The notes: generated by a model not told the origin, from the sequence alone. A stretch of DNA of 32,000 bases from Candidatus Methylomirabilis oxygeniifera (GCA_000091165.1 FP565575.1:2490001-2522000); one strand, 5' to 3'. Counted from the stretch's first letter, positions 14,789-23,681 are shown. Translations and numbers: made by a program.

Positions 14789-15895
14789 TTACCCTTCAAG
14801 TTCAGCAAAGCGATCCAGAAGTTCCACCCGACCGCGAAGCCCCGGCGTGATCTGCACCGAGACCTTCTCCGGATGGCGAGCGAGCGGGTTGACCACGATT
14901 CCTTCGACCCCGCGCACGCGCTGGATAAAATCCATCGCGCCTGTCCCGTGGACCATGGCAGCAGTAGCCAGAGCGTCGGCGCGTATCGCGCTCCGGGCGA
15001 TGACGGTGGCGCTCAGTGCGGTATCCGCCGGCGTTCCGGCTCTCGGGTGCAGCAGATGTCCATACTGCCGCCCGTCAACGGTGACGTAGCGAAAGTAATT
15101 GCCGGATGTTGCCACCGCCGCATCCTCAACCAGCACCGAGAGCAACAGCCTCGAAGAAGCAAGGGGATGCCGCAGGCCGATCTTCCAGATATCGCCGTCC
15201 CGGTTGCGGCCGACAACTCGCAGGTCGCCCCCCGCGTCGATCAACCCGCCGTGTACGCCGTCATGCCTCAATGTCTCTGCGGCGACATCGACGGCATACC
15301 CCTTCGCGATCCCTCCCAGATCGATACCCATCCCGGCGCGCTGCAGCCGAACGCTGCGATTGTCAGGGTCAAGCGACAGCCCATCATGGCCCACCAGGCC
15401 GAGTGTCGCCTCGATCGCCTGCGATGACGGAAGCCGGCCTTCCTTCGTCGTGCCGTGCCAAAGCTGTACCAACGGGTGGATGGTGACATCAAAGGCCCCG
15501 CCACTTGTCAGCCCTATACGCTCAGCCTCTGTCAGGACAGTGAAGGTCTCCTGCCCGACTGCGACCGCGCGTGTGGCGGCCACGCGGTTCACCAAGCCGA
15601 TCTCACTGTCGTATCGAAAGACGGTCATCAGGCGATCTACGTTCTCCATCCGCTGAAGGCCTGCCTCGATCGCGCTTCTGGCGATCGAAGGGTCGGGGTG
15701 ATTCGCCTCGATCTCCACGACCGTGCCCATAAGCACACGACCGAGGGTCAGCGTGCGCATCTTCGAGTTGCCCCGTGCCGTTCCGGGCGAGAGCAACCCA
15801 AAGAGCATTCCCCCGGCGCCTCCCGCGATCGCCGCAAGGAACCGTCTGCGGCTGAGGCCACACTCATCAAGGATCGTCAGATCGCGTCGGCTCAC
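14789..15895 (-). CDS. apbE: FAD:protein FMN transferase ApbE (Tat-exported)
   Basis: GGIAKGYAVD motif and a twin-arginine signal GLSRRRFLAAIAGGAG. I place the start at GTG 15895 (AGGAGG with a 7-nt spacer) rather than the TTG at 15904. Confidence 0.85.
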   Translation of the reverse strand: MSRRDLTILDECGLSRRRFLAAIAGGAGGMLFGLLSPGTARGNSKMRTLTLGRVLMGTVVEIEANHPDPSIARSAIEAGLQRMENVDRLMTVFRYDSEIGLVNRVAATRAVAVGQETFTVLTEAERIGLTSGGAFDVTIHPLVQLWHGTTKEGRLPSSQAIEATLGLVGHDGLSLDPDNRSVRLQRAGMGIDLGGIAKGYAVDVAAETLRHDGVHGGLIDAGGDLRVVGRNRDGDIWKIGLRHPLASSRLLLSVLVEDAAVATSGNYFRYVTVDGRQYGHLLHPRAGTPADTALSATVIARSAIRADALATAAMVHGTGAMDFIQRVRGVEGIVVNPLARHPEKVSVQITPGLRGRVELLDRFAELEG

Positions 15896-15912
15896 GTGTG
15901 ACAACCTCCTCG

Positions 15913-17076
15913 CTATTCAGTAACCGTAAACAGCGCCATCATGCCCGCAGTGATGTGGTCGTTGACGTGGCAGTGATACAGCCAGGTGCCAGGATTGTCC
16001 GGCACCATGTCCATCGTCTTCATGCTTCCAGCCAGCAGCTCCACCATGTCCATGCGCATTCCCATCAGCAGCGCAGTCTGACCGTGCCAGTGCGGCGTAT
16101 GCAGGTCAACCTCGGTCCCGATGCTAAGCAGGTACCAGCGCACGCGTTCGCCCTGCTTCATGGTCAATCCAGGCAGGTTGCCATAGACGTAGCCGTTGAC
16201 CGCATGCATGAGGTTACTTTCCCGAAAATCCTCATCCTCCAGTCGCTTCTTTAGCACCCGGCGCGGCTTGCTAGTGAATCGTTCAACGTTCTGCTCTAAA
16301 TAATGGCTGACGTTTTCATCAAAAACAGTGAAGAGCGTGACGAACTCCCGGTCTACGTCCTTGGGAGAACCATCCGGGTTCGCGGCCCCTTTCCGCGTGA
16401 CAATAAGCGGCCCGACCAGGCCGGTATTCGTGTCTTTCGGCTCGTCGGGGTGGGAGTGATACATCCAGAGGACGGTACTGCCATCCATGGGACCGGGACC
16501 GGATCGCTCCCGAACCTCCCAGGTATAGGTATGGGTTCCGCCGGGGGGAACGGCATCATCAGCCACATCAGAACCGGACGTGCCGTCATTATATGGGGCA
16601 CCCTCCGAGTCCTTCCTGTAGAACACGCCGTGCGGGTGCATACTGGCGGGGAAGCCGGTCATGTTCTTAAACGTAACCTGAATGACATCCCCGACTTCTC
16701 CCCGGATAGCGGGACCCAGGATGCCTAAATGTTGCCATTTCGGATCGATAGGCTTGAGCGTCGTAAAGGTGCCATCCGTAAACTCGCGGTAGGCGGCTTT
16801 CTGGTACACTTTACCGATCCGCTCTTTGCCGCTTTGCACGAACACATTTTCGGTCTCGCCGAACGCGGCACCGCTGATCTGGTTGATGCCGGTCGGGGCG
16901 TAGTCCCAGTCCAGATCGATGGCGCCGATAAAGTACGTGCGGGTCTGCTGAGCTAAGGCGGATGTACACCCCATCAGCATCGTGAGGACGGGAACGACCA
17001 GCAGCAGAAGAAGACTCCATTCCCGGTTCCGGTCTGATCGGCGTACAACAAAAGATCGTCGTAAGTCGTGCATCAT
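15913..17076 (-). CDS. two-domain multicopper oxidase, ceruloplasmin-like copper motifs
   Basis: Copper ligand motifs SMHPHGVFY, WMYHSH, HTPHWHG and YHCHVNDHITAGMMALF (compare the ceruloplasmin HCHVTDHIHAGM pattern). Start ATG 17076/17073 is preceded by AGGAGG. N-terminal signal/anchor WSLLLLLVVPVLTMLMGCTSALA. Confidence 0.85.
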   Translation of the reverse strand: MMHDLRRSFVVRRSDRNREWSLLLLLVVPVLTMLMGCTSALAQQTRTYFIGAIDLDWDYAPTGINQISGAAFGETENVFVQSGKERIGKVYQKAAYREFTDGTFTTLKPIDPKWQHLGILGPAIRGEVGDVIQVTFKNMTGFPASMHPHGVFYRKDSEGAPYNDGTSGSDVADDAVPPGGTHTYTWEVRERSGPGPMDGSTVLWMYHSHPDEPKDTNTGLVGPLIVTRKGAANPDGSPKDVDREFVTLFTVFDENVSHYLEQNVERFTSKPRRVLKKRLEDEDFRESNLMHAVNGYVYGNLPGLTMKQGERVRWYLLSIGTEVDLHTPHWHGQTALLMGMRMDMVELLAGSMKTMDMVPDNPGTWLYHCHVNDHITAGMMALFTVTE

Positions 17077-17309
17077 GTTCCTCCTGATCTTATGAGCGGT
17101 TGAGGCGGTGAAGCTGCGGCGCGCCACGACTCCCGCCAGCGTGTTCATGATCTCTTCGTGCTGTACAACAGTTCATTGGAGAACGTCTTTACGTAGAAGG
17201 AACGACACTAGACTTCCTCCGGAGAGGTTGTTAAAATAACAACGCCGGGAAGGCCAGAAGCGCAAAAGGCCCATCGGGTCACTTGACGCAATGGCCCTCC
17301 GAGGCAGTG

Positions 17310-17367
17310 GGCGGCTCCACCGCGCCGGCCGGCAAGCAGGGAGCGGTGGGGTCGCCTTTTCTTTCTT
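17310..17367 (+). terminator. plus-strand intrinsic terminator-like hairpin with no annotated plus-strand gene upstream
   Basis: GGCGGCTCCACCGC (17310..17323) pairs with GCGGTGGGGTCGCC (17343..17356) as 14 bp, including two G.U pairs that exist only in the plus-strand RNA. TTTTCTTTCTT follows directly. On the minus strand the wobbles become mismatches and no U-tract follows. Confidence 0.45.
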
Positions 17368-17400
17368 AGCGTTCAGTCTTCAGCGATCAGTCGTCTCAAT

Positions 17401-18615
17401 TCACTGTGCGACTCCATTGATATCAAAACAGACCACGTGCGTTGGGTTGGCCTTGACGACGACCAGAGTCCCCGGCTCAATAATCCTCGTTGAATCCTGA
17501 CTGCTATGGATCTTCTGACCGGACGGCAGTCGCACGCAGTAGAGGTTGTCGGCGCCACGGAACTGTCTGGTCAGGACGATCGCCTTACCCGCCTGATCGG
17601 GGATCAGGTCAATATCGTCGGGTCGGATCATCACCTCCACCGCCTGTCCTCCCGAGAGTCCTCGCTGATTCGGCAATATACCCAACTCCGTAGTGATTCT
17701 CTCACCTTGGATGAGGCCGGGGATGAAATCGGCAGAGCCGACGAACCGGGCGACAAAACGGCTGGCCGGAGTGTGGTAGATCGCCTCAGGATGGTCAAGC
17801 TGCTCCAGGTGACCGTGGTTTAATACCCCGACCTGATCGGCGATGACAAACGCCTCCTCCTGATCATGCGTCACGAAGATCGCCGTCGTCCCAGCCTGGC
17901 GGAGAATCGAACGGACATCTTCCCGCATCTGCGCCCGCATGTCGGCGTCCAGGTTGCTGAACGGCTCATCCAACAACACGACCTGCGGGCTCGGGGCCAA
18001 CGCGCGGGCCAGTGCAACCCGTTGCTGTTGCCCACCGGAAAGCTCGTGGGGATATCGCCCCTCAAGCTTCGAGAGCCCAACGAGGTCGAGCGCCTCCGCA
18101 ATCCGGTCGCGTTGCTGTTCCCCACTCCACTGGCGCAGGCCGAACGCAACGTTCTCGAGGACCGTGAGGTGCGGGAAGAGTGCATAGCTTTGGAACACCA
18201 TTCCTACACCCCGCTGCTCCGGCGGCAGAAAGACAGTGTCGTGGGCGACCATTCGGCCGCCGATCTCGATCCGGCCGCTATCTGGAGCCTCGAACCCGGC
18301 GATCAGGCGGAGGGTTGTTGTCTTTCCACAACCGCTCGGCCCGAGCAAAGCCAGAATCTCTCCTTTCTCGACAGCAAAAGAGACCTCCTCGACCGCCATG
18401 ACCGATCCGCCTCCATAGCGTTTACTGACCTGCTCGATCCGGATCACCGTAGGGCGCGGCGATGAGATCTGTGCAGCCTTGACCCTCTTGGAATGGCTGA
18501 TCTGTTCCAACTGAATGACCTTCGTTCCTGCCACCGTCATGCCTCCTGCCCTCATATTTACTTCGTCAGTCATCACACGCATCCGCTCAATCGAGCTGTG
18601 ACAAGGTGGCATCAC
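17401..18615 (-). CDS. ABC transporter ATP-binding protein (FbpC/PotA-like, with C-terminal TOBE-like regulatory domain)
   Basis: Walker A GPSGCGKTT, signature LSGGQQQRVALARAL, Walker B VVLLDEPFSNLD, H-loop IFVTHDQ. The maximal ORF is given. The real start is probably one of the internal ATGs (18582, 18573, 18555, 18540). Confidence 0.85.
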   Translation of the reverse strand: MMPPCHSSIERMRVMTDEVNMRAGGMTVAGTKVIQLEQISHSKRVKAAQISSPRPTVIRIEQVSKRYGGGSVMAVEEVSFAVEKGEILALLGPSGCGKTTTLRLIAGFEAPDSGRIEIGGRMVAHDTVFLPPEQRGVGMVFQSYALFPHLTVLENVAFGLRQWSGEQQRDRIAEALDLVGLSKLEGRYPHELSGGQQQRVALARALAPSPQVVLLDEPFSNLDADMRAQMREDVRSILRQAGTTAIFVTHDQEEAFVIADQVGVLNHGHLEQLDHPEAIYHTPASRFVARFVGSADFIPGLIQGERITTELGILPNQRGLSGGQAVEVMIRPDDIDLIPDQAGKAIVLTRQFRGADNLYCVRLPSGQKIHSSQDSTRIIEPGTLVVVKANPTHVVCFDINGVAQ

Positions 18616-20224
18616 GTCTGGTGATCAGGAAGAGGGGAACCGCGGTGATGGCGATAAGAATCAGCGAGGTTGCCGCGGCACCGGCGTAATCGACCTCAAT
18701 AGAGGCGATCCATATCCTGACCGGCAAGGTATCGAAACCGGCCGGACGTAGGAGGAGCGTGGCCGCCAACTCCTTCATCGACGAGATGAATACGAGCATC
18801 CATCCCGCTGCAATCCCTGGTCGAATAAGCGGGAAGGTCACCTCCCGAAGTGCCTGCCAATCGGATCGGCCGAGGCTGCGGGCTGCCTCCTCCAGACTCG
18901 AATCGACCTGCACCAGCGCGGCGGTATTACCCTGAACCGCCTGCGGCAGAAACCGCAAGAGGTAGCCGAGAATCACCATAGCGGCGGTCCCGTAGACCCA
19001 GGGCAGGTAGGCATTGTACAGGAGGATCAGACTTAACCCAAGGACTGTACCGGGGATTGCATATCCGAGCTGGGTGGCGGACGTAAGCAGTAGTCCGGCC
19101 GGTCCCGGCCGGCGCAGGGCAAGGTAGGCGACAAAGAGCCCAAGCCCTGATGCAACAGTCGCCGCCACGGTCGCCGTCCAGAGGCTGTTCCACAGAAAAC
19201 GGTGGCCGGCAATGAGCGCATATAGGAGGCTCATCGGCGAGCCGGTTTGGTAGAACAGCAGCGTAACCGGCAGAAATACCGAGGCACCAAGGACGATGTA
19301 GGTGCAGCAGAGGGCCGGGAGCTTCCATCGCCCAAGCGGGTAGATGGTGGGTGGCCTGACACCGCTTCGCCTCTGGACAAAGCTGCGGCGGCCCAGACTT
19401 CCCCGTTGGGCCATTAAGACTATGGCCGTGATGAGGATCAGCATCGTAGAAAGGACGGCGGCGTTTCGCTGGTCGAAACGGGTATTGAGCTGATGAAAGA
19501 TCTCGGTCGTAAAGGTGTTCACTCGCAGCAATGAGACGGCGCCAAAATCTGAAAGCGCGTATAGGAAGACCAGCAAGGCGCCGGCCAGAAGGCTGGGGCG
19601 CAGCAGGGGGAGCGTCACCCGCCGGAAGGCGTCGATCGGCCCAAGACCTACAGCCCTGGCCGCCTCTTCAAGAGCCGGGTCGGAGCCCTTCAAGGCGCTA
19701 CCAGCCATGAGCAAGATGTAGGGATAGGTGAACAGGCCAAGCACGAAGACGCCGCCCCACAGGCCGTAGATATTGACGATCGGTCCGCTGCCGCCTACGG
19801 CCTGATACGCCGTGTTGGCCCAGCCGACCGGGCCGAGCAGCGTAATGTACGTGAAGGCGCCAATATATGGGGGAATCGCCAGCGGCAGTACGGCCACCGC
19901 CAGGAGGATACGCCGCCCTGGAAGGTCCGTGCGGGTGAGGATCCAGGCCGGCGGTAGCCCGAGGATCATGGCCCACAACGTGGCGAGAGCGGCAAGCAGC
20001 ATGGTTCGTCCGATCAGCAAAAGGATGGAGCTGTCGGCCAGAATCGAAAAGGCTTTTATCCCCCCGGCAAAGACTGAGATCAAGAGAGCGGCGAGGGGGG
20101 AGGCCGTCAGCAGGATGATCAGTACTGTACCGGCAACGGCTGCAGGCCCGGGACCCATTGCCCGGGACCCCCATAGCGTCCTTAGCCCCCCCAGTTCTGC
20201 GCGTTGTGCGTCGCTACCTACCAT
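18587..20224 (-). CDS. fused two-domain ABC permease (FbpB-like, iron(III)-type)
   Basis: 545 aa with about 12 hydrophobic helices and two EAA-type loops (LEEAARAVGLGPIDAFRRVTLPLLRP and LEEAARSLGRSDWQALREVTFPLIRP). Confidence 0.85.
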   Translation of the reverse strand: MVGSDAQRAELGGLRTLWGSRAMGPGPAAVAGTVLIILLTASPLAALLISVFAGGIKAFSILADSSILLLIGRTMLLAALATLWAMILGLPPAWILTRTDLPGRRILLAVAVLPLAIPPYIGAFTYITLLGPVGWANTAYQAVGGSGPIVNIYGLWGGVFVLGLFTYPYILLMAGSALKGSDPALEEAARAVGLGPIDAFRRVTLPLLRPSLLAGALLVFLYALSDFGAVSLLRVNTFTTEIFHQLNTRFDQRNAAVLSTMLILITAIVLMAQRGSLGRRSFVQRRSGVRPPTIYPLGRWKLPALCCTYIVLGASVFLPVTLLFYQTGSPMSLLYALIAGHRFLWNSLWTATVAATVASGLGLFVAYLALRRPGPAGLLLTSATQLGYAIPGTVLGLSLILLYNAYLPWVYGTAAMVILGYLLRFLPQAVQGNTAALVQVDSSLEEAARSLGRSDWQALREVTFPLIRPGIAAGWMLVFISSMKELAATLLLRPAGFDTLPVRIWIASIEVDYAGAAATSLILIAITAVPLFLITRRDATLSQLD

Positions 20225-20266
20225 GTGCTTCGTGCTCTGCCGTACCTTTCGGTGCTCGATCGGCTT

Positions 20267-21292
20267 TTACAGACCGGGGAAGAGGGTGATCGTCCGATCC
20301 TCCAGGTCCGCCAGGCGCTCTTGTTTAATCTGCAATGTCTTGAATCCCGAGAGAGGTCTGACCAGGCCGGGATCTATTCCGGGCAGGAGCGGGATCTCGA
20401 AGGCGTGTTTCACCAGGAGCTCCTGTGCCGGCTTACTGAGGAGGAAATCCACAAAACGTTTGGCCTGGTTAAGGTTTTTTGAACCCTTGACGATGGCCAC
20501 AGCGTTCGGATTGACGAGAACGCCCATCCCTCGCGGCCCCTGATCCGGATAAATGACCCCAACCGGCAGGTTGGCCTCAAGCGCCAAATGATAGTTGGGC
20601 GAGTTGGTCAATCCCACAGCAAACTCCCCGCTCCCTACGCCACGCCAGACATCGGAGTTGTCCGGCAACACCTTCAGGCCGTTCTCCATAAGCTTATCGA
20701 TGTAGGTCTTGGCCTTCGCCTCGCTCATCACCTGGACCAGGGCGCTCAGCCAGGAAAGAGTTGTCCGCTCGCGCGTCCCGGCTATGGCGATCTTCCCCTT
20801 CCACTTCGCGTCGGTCAGGTCCAATACGGAGTTCGGAATGTCGCCGCCCTTGACCAGATCCGTATTGTAAATGATGACCCTGGCGCGGCCGGAGATGCCG
20901 GTCCACAGCCCGCGGGAACTCTTGTGCTCGGCCGGTATCGCACGAGCACCGGGAGAGACGTACGGCTCCAGGAGCCCTTCTCGCACAAGAATCTCGCAGA
21001 TGCCCGCCTCGGTGGCGATAAGGATATCGGCTCTCGGCCGCTGCCGCTCCTGGAGGATCTCGTTCGCAAGGCCGGATGTCTTCCCGACCTTCAACGCTAC
21101 CTTGATGCCGGTCTCGCGCTCAAAGAGATCTACGACCGGCTTGATGGCGCTCTCCTTGCGGCCGGAGTAGATGACCAACTCGGAGGCTGATGCGGACGCG
21201 TCTACACACACAAATAACAAGGTGGCAAGCACAAACGCCCAACAGGACAGGACTCGCAGGTACCCATACATCAGCCTTCTGAAAGTTATCAT
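20267..21292 (-). CDS. periplasmic substrate-binding protein, Fe(III)/FbpA-AfuA-like family
   Basis: Signal peptide followed by LVIYSGRKESAIKPVVDLFERETGIKVALKVG...ADILIATEAG, the pattern typical of family-1 iron(III) SBPs. It sits upstream of the matching permease and ATPase. Confidence 0.8.
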   Translation of the reverse strand: MITFRRLMYGYLRVLSCWAFVLATLLFVCVDASASASELVIYSGRKESAIKPVVDLFERETGIKVALKVGKTSGLANEILQERQRPRADILIATEAGICEILVREGLLEPYVSPGARAIPAEHKSSRGLWTGISGRARVIIYNTDLVKGGDIPNSVLDLTDAKWKGKIAIAGTRERTTLSWLSALVQVMSEAKAKTYIDKLMENGLKVLPDNSDVWRGVGSGEFAVGLTNSPNYHLALEANLPVGVIYPDQGPRGMGVLVNPNAVAIVKGSKNLNQAKRFVDFLLSKPAQELLVKHAFEIPLLPGIDPGLVRPLSGFKTLQIKQERLADLEDRTITLFPGL

Positions 21293-21353
21293 TACACCTC
21301 AACTCCCTCACAAAGCGTTTGAAAATATAAGCGGCCTTCTCGCGTAGAATCGC

Positions 21354-22022
21354 TCACTGGAATCGGGCCATCGCGATGGCTTCCAGACTCTCTTCCTTGT
21401 GCATCCGCTCATCATGCCCGATTTGGCGAAACATGTCCGCCATGCTCTCAAAGGAGGCGTAGTCCTCCTCAAAGAGGCTTTTGAAAGGCTCAAGTTCGAG
21501 TTGGGGATTTTCCGCGACGAATTCCATATATTCGTGCTCCGCATGGTCCTCAAATTGAGCGTTCAACAGATACCCCCACGACGGCTTGACGACGTACAGA
21601 AACCAGCAGGTATGGTAATAGAGAAAGGCGATCACCTGAGGCAAGACGCGATAGAGGAAAAAACTTTCCTTGATTCCGCGGGCGTGGGTAAGTTCCTCCA
21701 GGATAAGCAGGTGCCACATCTCGTTGTCTTGCGCCTCGCGAGCTTCCTTGACCCGGTCGAAGACCCGGCGGGAAAACTCACGATCTGCATACATGTGAGT
21801 AATGGCAACGTAGGCGACGTTCTCCCAGGACTGATACGGGACGCGGGCGATAAGTTCCAGCACCTTGAATTTGCTGAGTGTCTTTCGGCGACCGTACACA
21901 AGGTCCATCGTCATGAAGAGCAGACGGGCCAAGATGCCGTATCTTGTCCTCGGAGAGCCGAGTGTGACTTGCTGCGCGTGGTAGCGTTGTTCGACGGTAA
22001 GTTTCTGCAGTTTCGAACCCAT
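21354..22022 (-). CDS. alternative oxidase (AOX/PTOX)-like di-iron carboxylate protein
   Basis: The ATG at 22022 is preceded by GGAGG (7-nt spacer). Four iron-ligand motifs occur in AOX order: LELIARVPYQSW, EAQDNEMWHLLILEE (E..NE..H), FEDHAEHEY (ExxH), IGHDERMHKEES (DExxH). Confidence 0.7.
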   Translation of the reverse strand: MGSKLQKLTVEQRYHAQQVTLGSPRTRYGILARLLFMTMDLVYGRRKTLSKFKVLELIARVPYQSWENVAYVAITHMYADREFSRRVFDRVKEAREAQDNEMWHLLILEELTHARGIKESFFLYRVLPQVIAFLYYHTCWFLYVVKPSWGYLLNAQFEDHAEHEYMEFVAENPQLELEPFKSLFEEDYASFESMADMFRQIGHDERMHKEESLEAIAMARFQ

Positions 22023-22141
22023 GTGACAACCTCCACCAGACAGATCCTGAACTGTACCCATCCAAGAACCGGGTGTGCGGTGCGTGGGGGCAGCGGTCAT
22101 TCCACCTCTCGGTTGCGGATCTGCGGGCACAGCATGACAAA

Positions 22142-22163
22142 GACATTCATTTTCAATTATATC
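22142..22163. promoter_or_regulatory. AT-rich operator related to the fur-proximal Fur box, overlapping a perfect -10 TATAAT (minus strand, 22161..22156)
   Basis: GACATTCATTTTCAATTATATC aligns with the reverse complement of the 22669..22687 box (GACAATCGTTTTCATTATC). It lies between the fur stop and the AOX-like start. Confidence 0.5.
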
Positions 22164-22190
22164 GGACACTAGTACGGCTCTTCGTGGGCC

Positions 22191-22661
22191 TTAGCCGGCC
22201 CCTATCGCATGAACTCCGGGTCCTCTGCCGGCGCCGGCACTGCAGTCCCGGCAGAGGCCGTACAGCTCCAATTTGTGGTACTGAATGTGGAACCCGAGCC
22301 TGCGAACGACCTGTTCCTGGAGCGCCTCGATCTCAACGCTCGCAAACTCGGTAATCTTGCCGCACTCGGTGCAGATGATGTGATCGTGGTGGCGCTCGCT
22401 GGAGGCATGTTCGAACAGGGCGCGTCCGTCTCCGAATTGCCGCTCATGGGCAAGCCCGGCATCCTTCAGGAGTTTCAGCGTCCGATAGACGGTAACGAGA
22501 CCGATCCGCTGGTGCCGACTCCCCACCCGGCGGTAGAGGCCTTCGGCGCTGACGTGGGTCGTGGTGGCGAAGAAAGCCCGCGCGATCAACTCGCGCTGGC
22601 GAGTCGCCTTCAGCCCGGCTCGATGGAGGTATTGTTGAAACTGGAACAGTTTATCCTGCAT
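22191..22661 (-). CDS. fur: Fur-family metalloregulator
   Basis: LKATRQRELIARAF, VTVYRTLKLLKDAGL (wHTH), HHDHIICTECG and CRDC metal-site motifs. Confidence 0.9.
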   Translation of the reverse strand: MQDKLFQFQQYLHRAGLKATRQRELIARAFFATTTHVSAEGLYRRVGSRHQRIGLVTVYRTLKLLKDAGLAHERQFGDGRALFEHASSERHHDHIICTECGKITEFASVEIEALQEQVVRRLGFHIQYHKLELYGLCRDCSAGAGRGPGVHAIGAG

Positions 22662-22668
22662 AGTCGAA

Positions 22669-22687
22669 GATAATGAAAACGATTGTC
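22669..22687. promoter_or_regulatory. Fur box upstream of fur (autoregulation)
   Basis: GATAATGAAAACGATTGTC matches 15 of 19 positions of the classical GATAATGATAATCATTATC consensus. It lies 8 nt upstream of the fur ATG. Confidence 0.6.
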
Positions 22688-22706
22688 AGTATCGGTAAAC
22701 GAACAC

Positions 22707-22735
22707 AGATTACCCACCGGTCGAGACTCTGTCAA
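22707..22735 (-). promoter_or_regulatory. sigma70-like promoter for fur
   Basis: On the minus strand: TTGACA (22735..22730), a 17-nt spacer, then TAATCT (22712..22707). A T7 tract precedes it. Confidence 0.4.
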
Positions 22736-22794
22736 GAAAAAAATGAACTTGCTGGAAGTATACGGCAGCAGGTGGGGGGAATGTGCGGACGGCG

Positions 22795-23574
22795 TTACGC
22801 TTTAGCGACGTATTCAACCCGTTGCGCCGCGCGGCTGAATCCGATGCGCAAGTAGACACGCTCTGCCTCTGCTGTGGCAACCTCGAGCGTGACGAGTGCG
22901 GCACCTTCTTGTCTGGCAATCCGTGCTGCGTGCGCTGTAAGCAGCCCCGCGAGGCCGCGCCCGCGAAACTCGGGAGCGGTTGCCATTCCGGTAATATGTC
23001 CTACGCCGACGGTTGTATGAAGATGTACCGAGGCGGCAAGTTGTCCCGCGACCCAGAGGCCGATTTGGCGCATGCCTGCCGCATGCATGCGCGCAACCAG
23101 CCGGGCACGCAATGTTGGCTCCTGCCACGCCGAGTCGCCAGGGCCGAAGCTGACGCCCAGAATGCGCTCTGCGTCCCGCATATCCTCAGGCCCCGTCTCG
23201 CCAAGGCGCACGTCTGCCGGTATCGGCAGGTCGACCGCCTCGCGTTGAAACATCACGTGCTTGCTGGACTCGAGCGCGCAACCTGCCGCCTGCAATGCTT
23301 CGGCCAGCCCCTTAGGCGCCATCTCAAGCGTAAAATTAAAGTACGGGCCATGGCCCCGCGCACGGTAGTGTACCATGACCTCCTCGATGCGCTCGCGCCC
23401 TGGCATTGCGCTCCACGGTACGACGTCGGCATAGTTGTAGGCGGATACGGGAATCTCGTCATTTATGAACAGGACGAACGGGCGCATAATGGCTGCCAGG
23501 CAACCCATCGCGTGGTTACGCTCGACAAGGTAGGTTTCGTAAGACTCCAGGGCATTGCAAAGTGGTGCGTCCAA
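22795..23574 (-). CDS. GNAT-family N-acetyltransferase
   Basis: Acetyl-CoA motif A GMATAPEFRGRGLAGLLTAHAARIA and C-terminal AERVYLRIGF. The maximal ORF starts with TTG, and internal ATGs (23508, 23487) are possible starts. Confidence 0.75.
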   Translation of the reverse strand: MDAPLCNALESYETYLVERNHAMGCLAAIMRPFVLFINDEIPVSAYNYADVVPWSAMPGRERIEEVMVHYRARGHGPYFNFTLEMAPKGLAEALQAAGCALESSKHVMFQREAVDLPIPADVRLGETGPEDMRDAERILGVSFGPGDSAWQEPTLRARLVARMHAAGMRQIGLWVAGQLAASVHLHTTVGVGHITGMATAPEFRGRGLAGLLTAHAARIARQEGAALVTLEVATAEAERVYLRIGFSRAAQRVEYVAKA

Positions 23575-23681
23575 GAAACACCTTATCGGATATGCCTGTC
23601 AACCGCGCAGATGGACTGAAAAAGGTCTTGAATGACTCGAATCGCGCCTTGCGTGATGATTGATATACTTCAGCCTTCAGC

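Noticed and set aside
14714-15427. 237-aa plus-strand ORF (and other plus ORFs 15099..15901)
   Set aside because: Antisense to apbE, whose frame carries the GGIAKGYAVD motif and the Tat signal.
17401-18615. Apparent internal duplication in the ABC ATPase N-terminal extension (KVIQLEQISHSKR versus TVIRIEQVSKRYG)
   Set aside because: The similarity is short and may be chance or a small tandem duplication. It mainly signals that the annotated start is uncertain. Not strong enough for a finding.
21399-22172. 257-aa plus-strand ORF
   Set aside because: Antisense to the AOX-like gene. Only the minus frame shows the four di-iron ligand motifs and a good RBS.
22745-22780. Possible weak terminator after the GNAT gene (CTGCTG...CAGCAAG followed by a T7 run)
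   Set aside because: The stem is only about 5 bp with a bulge. The T-run is better explained as the A/T-rich element upstream of the fur -35 box.
22783-23619. 278-aa plus-strand ORF
   Set aside because: Antisense to the GNAT gene, with a Cys/Arg-rich composition and no motif.
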